From NCBI GenBank assembly GCA_044226625.1, contig JBGAGQ010000001.1, forward strand, positions 64,001 to 128,000: a stretch of 64,000 bases of DNA. The letters run 5' to 3'. Source of the stretch: Thermoanaerobaculia bacterium. Lineage in GTDB: Bacteria; Acidobacteriota; Thermoanaerobaculia; Multivoradales; UBA5704. Under the pieces are notes generated by a model, which searched no databases, had not been told where the DNA came from, and saw only the letters and a program-made list of their open reading frames with translations. Shown piece after piece: positions 58,146 through 64,000 of the stretch. Position numbers and translations under genes: made by a program. Positions within the stretch are counted from its first letter, which is position 1, and each line of letters starts with the position of its first letter.

Positions 58146-60581
58146 ATGCACGACCTGCTCCTCGAAGCCCGACTGACGCTCCGCGGCCTCGCCCGGCAGC
58201 CGGGATTCGCCTCGACCATCGTCGTGACCCTCGCGGTGGGGATCGGCGCGAACCTCGCGTTCTTCGGTTACGCGAGCTACTTCCTCTCGCCGACGATCGA
58301 CGCGCCGGAGCCCGAGCGCGTGGTCAGCGTCCACACGGGAACCAAGGAGTCGCCCGACGGCGCTTGCTCGTATCTCGATTGGCTCGACCTCCGGGCGGGG
58401 ACCGCGAAGACCTTTTCTCAAACGTCCGCCGCCCAAGTCTTCGGCTCGTCGTTGGTCGCCAAGGAGCAGACGATCCACGCCTGGGGCACGGCGGTCTCCG
58501 GTCAATACTTCCCGCTGTTCGGCAAACCGGCACGCCTCGGCCGGCTGATCGCTCCGAGCGACGACCAGCCGGGCGCCGAGCGCGTGCTGGTGCTCAACTA
58601 TTTCTTCTGGCGGAACCGGTTCGGCTCCGATCCGACGGTCCTCGGACGGACCGTTTCGCTCGAGGGGCAGCGGACCTACCGCATCGTCGGCGTCGCCGCC
58701 GATGGATTCCAGGGCGACGGGCTAGCAACCTCGATCTACGTTCCGCTCGCGACCGCCGACGGGCTGATCCGCGGCCTCGACGATCGTTCGAGCCGGAGAC
58801 TCTCGGTGCTCGGACGGCTGCGCCCGGGCGTCACGATCGACGCCGCGCGATCGACGCTCTCCGCTCTCGCGCGCGGGCTCGACCAAGAGCATCCGGAAGC
58901 CGATCCGCGCCTCGTCTCGACCAGACCGGTCACCGAGCCCGATCCGTCGGTGCTCGCCGATCCGACCGCTCGCGCGGCCACGGGACTGCTGTTCGCGGTC
59001 GGCCTGCTGCAATTGCTCGCCTGCGCCAACGTGACGAATCTCGTGCTCGCCCGCACGGTGGCGCGGCGACGCGAGACGGCGATCCATGCCGCGCTCGGCG
59101 CGGGCCGCTGGCGGATCGGCCGGCGGCTGCTCGTCGAATCGCTGGCCCTATCGCTCGCCGGCGGCCTGCTCGGGGTCGCTCTCGCGCGCGGCATCACGCG
59201 GGTGATCGAGCACTACCTGAGCCAGGGGGTGCCGGTCGGGCTGGGCGACTTCAGCGCCGGCTCGAGCCTGATCGCCGATCCGCGCCGGACGGCCTGGTAC
59301 TTCGCCGCGCTCTGTCTCGGAACCGCGCTGCTGGTAAGCCTCGCGCCGCTCGCCCAGGCGCTGCGCAAGAACCTCGTCGGAGCCCTCAAGAGTCACGGCG
59401 AAGGGGACGGCGGCAGCCGCCGGCTCGACTTCCGGGGTCTGTTGGTGGTGACGCAGGTCGCGCTGTCGGTCGTGCTGCTGCTCGCGGCGGGGCTTCTGGT
59501 CCGCACCCGATTCGAGGTACGGAGCCAGGAGCTCGGCTTCGATCCAACGCACCTCACCCTCGTGACCCTTCACATCCCGACGTTGCGCGGCGGCGACAAC
59601 ACGAAGGGGCTCGCTCTGTACGACGACGTCCTGCGACAGGTGCGGACGCTCCCCGCGGTCGAGAGCACGGGCTTCGCCTGGCGCGTGCCACTCTCGATCA
59701 CCAACTCGACCGAGTTGGTGGCGCTGCCGGGGGCCGATCACAAAGAGGCGGTCTCGTTCAACGTGGTGAGCCCCGAGTATTTCGAGACGCTCGGCGTGCG
59801 GCTAGTTTCCGGACGCCGCCTGTCGAACGCCGACCGGAGTGAGGACGCGACCGTCGTCGTCTTGAATCAGGCCGCCGCCCAGCAGTTCTTCCCCGACGGC
59901 CAGGCGATCGGCCGTCGGTTGGAGGTAACGACAGACGAGGTTCCCGGCGGCCAGGTGGAAGTCGTGGGCGTCGTCGCCAATTCGCGATTCGGCCGGGTCA
60001 CCGAACCGATCCGGCCGCTGATCTATTACCCTTGCGCCCAGCGCTTCAAGCAGCGGATGACCCTGATGGTGCGCGCCAGCGCTCCGCTCGAGCGACCGCT
60101 CGCCGAGCTGCTGCGCCGTAGCTTCCCCGACGTCGCGGTGATCGATTTCCAGCCGATGAGCGAGCAGGTACGGCGCGCCGCCGCGGACCAGACGATGAAC
60201 GCCGACCTCGCCTCCGGCTTCGGCCTGTTCGGCTTGGGGCTCGCCGCCCTCGGTATCGTGAGCGTCCTCTCCTTCACCGTCCATCGGAGCGGCCGGGCGA
60301 TCGGCATTCGCATGGCGCTCGGGGCGAACGCGCGCGACGTGATGCTCTGGGTCTTGAAAGGTGCTGGCCGCTGGGTCGCCGCGGGACTCGCGCTGGGGCT
60401 CCTCGCCTCGTGGCCGCTGTCGCGTCTGATCGAAGGACTGCTCTATGGCGTCCCAGCCCGCGACCCGCTCACCGCGGCGGGGGTCGTCGTCCTCCTCGGC
60501 GCCGTCGCTCTCGCCGCCGCCCTCGGCCCGGCGACCCGTGCCGCCCATATCGAGCCGGTGCGGGCGCTCAAGGGGGAGTAG
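58146..60581 (+). CDS. ADOP-type duplicated MacB/FtsX permease (no adjacent ATPase)
   Basis: PGF..TLAVGIGAN, LACANV, ALGAGR, QVALS, IGIRMALGA. Confidence 0.9.
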   Translation: MHDLLLEARLTLRGLARQPGFASTIVVTLAVGIGANLAFFGYASYFLSPTIDAPEPERVVSVHTGTKESPDGACSYLDWLDLRAGTAKTFSQTSAAQVFGSSLVAKEQTIHAWGTAVSGQYFPLFGKPARLGRLIAPSDDQPGAERVLVLNYFFWRNRFGSDPTVLGRTVSLEGQRTYRIVGVAADGFQGDGLATSIYVPLATADGLIRGLDDRSSRRLSVLGRLRPGVTIDAARSTLSALARGLDQEHPEADPRLVSTRPVTEPDPSVLADPTARAATGLLFAVGLLQLLACANVTNLVLARTVARRRETAIHAALGAGRWRIGRRLLVESLALSLAGGLLGVALARGITRVIEHYLSQGVPVGLGDFSAGSSLIADPRRTAWYFAALCLGTALLVSLAPLAQALRKNLVGALKSHGEGDGGSRRLDFRGLLVVTQVALSVVLLLAAGLLVRTRFEVRSQELGFDPTHLTLVTLHIPTLRGGDNTKGLALYDDVLRQVRTLPAVESTGFAWRVPLSITNSTELVALPGADHKEAVSFNVVSPEYFETLGVRLVSGRRLSNADRSEDATVVVLNQAAAQQFFPDGQAIGRRLEVTTDEVPGGQVEVVGVVANSRFGRVTEPIRPLIYYPCAQRFKQRMTLMVRASAPLERPLAELLRRSFPDVAVIDFQPMSEQVRRAAADQTMNADLASGFGLFGLGLAALGIVSVLSFTVHRSGRAIGIRMALGANARDVMLWVLKGAGRWVAAGLALGLLASWPLSRLIEGLLYGVPARDPLTAAGVVVLLGAVALAAALGPATRAAHIEPVRALKGE

Positions 60582-60596
60582 GCGTATGAACCATGC

Positions 60597-60700
60597 CTGC
60601 AACTCGCGACCGGCACGGTCATCCGCGGAAAAACCGTCGTAGACGGAGACCTTCTTCCCGAGGATCGACCGTCAGCATCCTGGCTCGCGAGACGGTAGCT
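60597..60700 (+). pseudogene. possible antitoxin gene remnant
   Basis: LQLATGTVIRGKTVVDGDLLPE / frameshift / STVSILARE, truncated by the repeat array. Confidence 0.4.
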
Positions 60701-60938
60701 CGGTCCCGTTCTCTGGAATTACGTCCCGTTCTCTGGATATTCGTCCCGAATCCTGCAGGAAACGTCCCGTATTCTGAATATTCGTCCCGTACTCCACAAA
60801 TTCGTCCCGTATTCTGCGTGTACGTCCCGTACTCCGGATAAGCGTCCCGTATTCCGAATTTACGTCCCGTATTCCGAATTTACGTCCCGTATTCTGAATT
60901 TACGTCCCGTATTCTGAATTTACGTCCCGTATTCTGGA
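60701..60938. repeat. 12-unit 20-bp tandem array, consensus TACGTCCCGTATTCYGAATT
   Basis: GTCCCG core at 60703, 60723, 60743, 60764, 60784, 60804, 60824, 60844, 60864, 60884, 60904, 60924. Confidence 0.95.
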
Positions 60939-60969
60939 CTAAGCGGCGAGCCGCTCTTATTCCAGCTAC

Positions 60970-63900
60970 TTACTGAGCTCCGCGTCGCAGTTCCTTTTCA
61001 ATGCGCTCGGCGACATCGGCGACCGCCGGAGGGCTGAGGAGGCCATGGTGGTCCGCCGCGAGGGGCTCGATCTCAAACGAGCCCAGCGTGAGAGCTCGAC
61101 AATCGGCGATCTGAAGCGCGCGCAGCTCCTCGACGACCTGGGCGGACAGGTGCGCGGGTGAGGTCACCCCCTGGATCAGAAGGACCGGCGTGCGATGCGC
61201 ACGCGGCGAGAAGGCGGCGCCGCCACCGTCTCCGATCGATCTGGGGCGGTGGGTATCGAGCAGGATCAAGCGCTCGGCCGGCCGCCCCAGATCTTCGAGC
61301 CGGGCAGCCATCGCGGAGGCGAGCAGGCCGCCCGTCGACCAGCCGCAGAGCGCGAAGGGACCCTCCGGCCGATGCTCGATCAGCGCGCGGACGTGATGGG
61401 CAGCGAGCGCCTCGAAGTCGTCGAGAGGGGCAGGCGGTGCGACCGGCCAGGTAGCGCCGCCGTCGCAGGCGGACGCTTCGACACCGGGCGCCTCGAGGCC
61501 GAAGACGGCCACCCGCTCGCCGAGCCGCCAGGCGAGTTGGGCGTAACCGTGGACCGCGCCGTCGATCGCGTGGACGCAGAACAGCGCGGTCTCCAACGAG
61601 CGATCCGCCGAGCGGCTCGCCGAGAGCAGGATCGGCGCGCCGCTCGGCCGCCGCGTCCGCTCGCGGATGCGACGAGCCATCTCCTCGACCGTGCCCGCGG
61701 AGTAGAGGTCGGCCAAGCCGAGCGCGACGTCCATCCTTCTCTGGATCTCGGACATGAGCTTCACCGCGAGCAGCGAGTGGCCGCCGAGATCGAAGAAGTG
61801 ATCCGTCACCGAGACCTCGTCGAGACCGAGCGCGCGGCGCCAGATCGCGACCAGCTCGGCTTCGAACCGGTCGCGCGGCGGGACGACCGCGCGCTCTCCC
61901 CCGTCGGGCGCCGGCAGCGCCGCCCGGTCCACCTTACCGTTCACCGTCACCGGCATCGCCGCGAGGAAGACGTAGGCCCCCGGCACCAGGGGAGCGGGCA
62001 CATGCTCGGCGAGACCAGCGCGCAGGCTCGCGGGGGTGAGGCCCGAAGAACCGGAACCGGACGCGGAGCCGTCGCCCGGGCGGTCGGGCACGACGTACGC
62101 GACCAGCCGCTTCTCGCCCGGCGCGGCACCGGGGACGTCGGTTCGGGCGAGCACCGCGGCGTCGAGTACTCCCGGCTGCTCGCGCAGGTGCGCCTCGATC
62201 TCCTGAAGCTCGACGCGCACGCCGCGGATCTTCACCTGCCGATCGACGCGGCCGAGGAACTCGAGCGTGCCGTCAGCGAGGCGTCGCGCGAAGTCGCCGG
62301 TCCGATAGAGGCGCTCTCCCCCCAAGGCGGAAAAGGGATTGGGGACGAAACGCTCGGCGGAGAGGTCGGCGCGGTTCTGGTATCCGAACGTAAGCCCGAC
62401 GCCCGAGGCGAAGACCTCCCCCGCCACTCCGAAAGGAACCGGCTGGCCCGAGGCGTCGAGCAGGTAAGCGCGGGTGTTGGCGATCGGCCGTCCGATCGGC
62501 ACCGAGGGCGACCGCCCCCTTCGGTCGGCGGTCGCGGCGGAGATGGTGAGCGAGGTCTCGGTCGGCCCGTAGACGTTCACCAGGCGGGCGTTCGGGAGCG
62601 CCGAGAACACGCGTCGCGCGAGGGCGCGGTCGAGCGCCTCGCCGCCCGAGACGACTTGACGCAGGGCGGGGGCCCACGCGCCCTCTCCTGGAACCGCGGC
62701 GTCGAGCAGGGCGGCGAGGACCGAGGGGACGAAATCGGCGGCCGTCACCTGCTCCTCTACGATCGAGCGGCCGAGCCGCGCGACGTCGATGTGCTCGCCC
62801 GGCGGCGGCAGGACGATCGACGCTCCGACGATCAAAGGAGCGAAGATCTGCCAGGTCGAGGCGTCGAACCCGATCGACAGGTTCTGGAGCACGCGGTCGT
62901 CGGGCCGCAACGGATAGGCCGCCTGCTGCCAGAGCAGGCGGTTCGCGAGCCCCCGGTGGTGCATCAGCACGCCCTTGGGCTGCCCCGTCGAACCGGAGGT
63001 GTAGACCACGTAGGCGAGGTCGTCCGGCGTAGGCGCGGGCTCCCCGGCCGGCTCGTCTTTCGAGTCCGGCTCCTCCGGCTCGGCCGCTCTCGCCGCCGCC
63101 GGATCGACGACCGTTCCGCGCCAGGTGGAAGGAAGGCGCGCGGAGAGACGCGGATCGGCGATCGCGATCTCCGCCCGCGTGTCGTCGAGCAGGAAGCGTA
63201 GGCGGTCCGCGGGGTGGTCGGGATCGAGCGGCACCGCGACGCCCCCCGCGCGCAGCACCGCGAGGAAAGCAACCGGCAGATCGAGCGAACGTTCGAGGTA
63301 GATCCCGACGGGCGAGCCGAGCCGCAAACCGGAGGCCCGCATCCGGCGGGCGAGCCGCGACGAGAGCCGACCCAGCTCGCCGTAGGTGAGGGTCGCGCCG
63401 CGGAAGCGGGCACACTCGGCGTCGGGACGGAGGGCGACCTGATCCTCCACCCGGCTCGGAAGGGTGCGCGAGAGGTCGAATTGCAGGTCGTCTCCCGCAA
63501 GCTCGACCAGCAGCTGATGGCGCTCGCCGGGCGAGAGCAGGTCGAGCCGATCGAGCGGCGTCGTGGGATGCGCCGCGACGGCCGCGACGAGTGCCGCGAG
63601 CCCCTCGGCCAGACGTGCCACGGTCGCCGCTTCATAGAGATCGGTGCGGTACTCGAAGGTGCCGGAGAGTCCGTCGATCTCTTCCGTCATCGACAGGCTG
63701 AGCTCGAAGCGGGACGTGCCGCTGTGAGCTTCGGTCGGTACGATCTCGAACACCGAATCGAATCGATCGGAGCGGAACGCGTTCTGGAGCGCGAAGCCGA
63801 GCTGGACGAAAGGCATGCGGCCGCTCTCGCGCTCCGGGCGCAGCGCCTCGACCAGGCGCACGAACGGCAGGTCTTGGTGGGCGAAGGCGTCGAGACAGAA

Positions 63901-64000
63901 CTCGCGCGTAGCGGCGAGCAGCGAGGCGAAACTGCGCACACCGGTCGCGTTCTCGGCTCCGCCGCCGCACGCCGGCTCGGCCGACGATTCGTTGACGTCT
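60970..64000 (-). CDS. NRPS terminal module (partial C - A - PCP - TE); 5' part lies beyond the right window edge
   Basis: HQDLPF; YTSGSTGQPKG; YGPTE; YRTGD; GGHSL; GWSTGG; frame is open to the window end. Confidence 0.95.
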   Translation of the reverse strand, partial: DVNESSAEPACGGGAENATGVRSFASLLAATREFCLDAFAHQDLPFVRLVEALRPERESGRMPFVQLGFALQNAFRSDRFDSVFEIVPTEAHSGTSRFELSLSMTEEIDGLSGTFEYRTDLYEAATVARLAEGLAALVAAVAAHPTTPLDRLDLLSPGERHQLLVELAGDDLQFDLSRTLPSRVEDQVALRPDAECARFRGATLTYGELGRLSSRLARRMRASGLRLGSPVGIYLERSLDLPVAFLAVLRAGGVAVPLDPDHPADRLRFLLDDTRAEIAIADPRLSARLPSTWRGTVVDPAAARAAEPEEPDSKDEPAGEPAPTPDDLAYVVYTSGSTGQPKGVLMHHRGLANRLLWQQAAYPLRPDDRVLQNLSIGFDASTWQIFAPLIVGASIVLPPPGEHIDVARLGRSIVEEQVTAADFVPSVLAALLDAAVPGEGAWAPALRQVVSGGEALDRALARRVFSALPNARLVNVYGPTETSLTISAATADRRGRSPSVPIGRPIANTRAYLLDASGQPVPFGVAGEVFASGVGLTFGYQNRADLSAERFVPNPFSALGGERLYRTGDFARRLADGTLEFLGRVDRQVKIRGVRVELQEIEAHLREQPGVLDAAVLARTDVPGAAPGEKRLVAYVVPDRPGDGSASGSGSSGLTPASLRAGLAEHVPAPLVPGAYVFLAAMPVTVNGKVDRAALPAPDGGERAVVPPRDRFEAELVAIWRRALGLDEVSVTDHFFDLGGHSLLAVKLMSEIQRRMDVALGLADLYSAGTVEEMARRIRERTRRPSGAPILLSASRSADRSLETALFCVHAIDGAVHGYAQLAWRLGERVAVFGLEAPGVEASACDGGATWPVAPPAPLDDFEALAAHHVRALIEHRPEGPFALCGWSTGGLLASAMAARLEDLGRPAERLILLDTHRPRSIGDGGGAAFSPRAHRTPVLLIQGVTSPAHLSAQVVEELRALQIADCRALTLGSFEIEPLAADHHGLLSPPAVADVAERIEKELRRGAQ

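Noticed and set aside
60701-60938. CRISPR array
   Set aside because: The period is only 20 bp, the variable parts are ~10 nt and partly duplicated, and there are no cas genes in the window

Overview
GC-rich bacterial DNA, most likely Acidobacteriota (Thermoanaerobaculia-like). This is inferred from an ADOP-type duplicated permease, a secreted PCRxxDTR-domain protein, a TPR-TonB-ExbB-ExbD-ExbD cluster and a KL.L.RET.L.L-leader peptide. Layout: (1) 1-16.5 kb is a protease/signalling island with four CHAT (caspase-like) TPR proteins, one running off the left edge and one frameshifted, plus a CsgG-like protein, an FHA-ABC transporter and a Ser/Thr kinase. (2) 16.7-27 kb holds cell-surface genes: GT-C glycosyltransferase, S8 protease, methyltransferase, GT2 and Wzm/Wzt. 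(3) 27-29.5 kb holds RidA, a His-phosphatase, an ECF sigma/anti-sigma pair and a DHFR-like gene. (4) 29.6-32.6 kb is an accessory islet: a 2TM+PLD-like orphan, an 89-aa protein ending in 11 valines, a degenerate 20-bp repeat, YciI and yefM-yoeB. (5) Two acyl-CoA dehydrogenases, a TPR-cNMP protein, three L,D-transpeptidase-fold genes and a TonB/ExbBD cluster. (6) A heme peroxidase, a NarX/NarL-like pair, an antiporter, a disrupted ClC, a MazF-like TA pair and an ABC1 kinase. (7) A 59-aa lanthipeptide-like precursor absent from the ORF track, a DUF5985 cassette, an ADOP permease, a 12-unit 20-bp tandem array and the terminal C-A-PCP-TE module of an NRPS running off the right edge. No rRNA, tRNA, CRISPR array or transposase was recognised. 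All family calls come from motif recognition by eye, not database searches.
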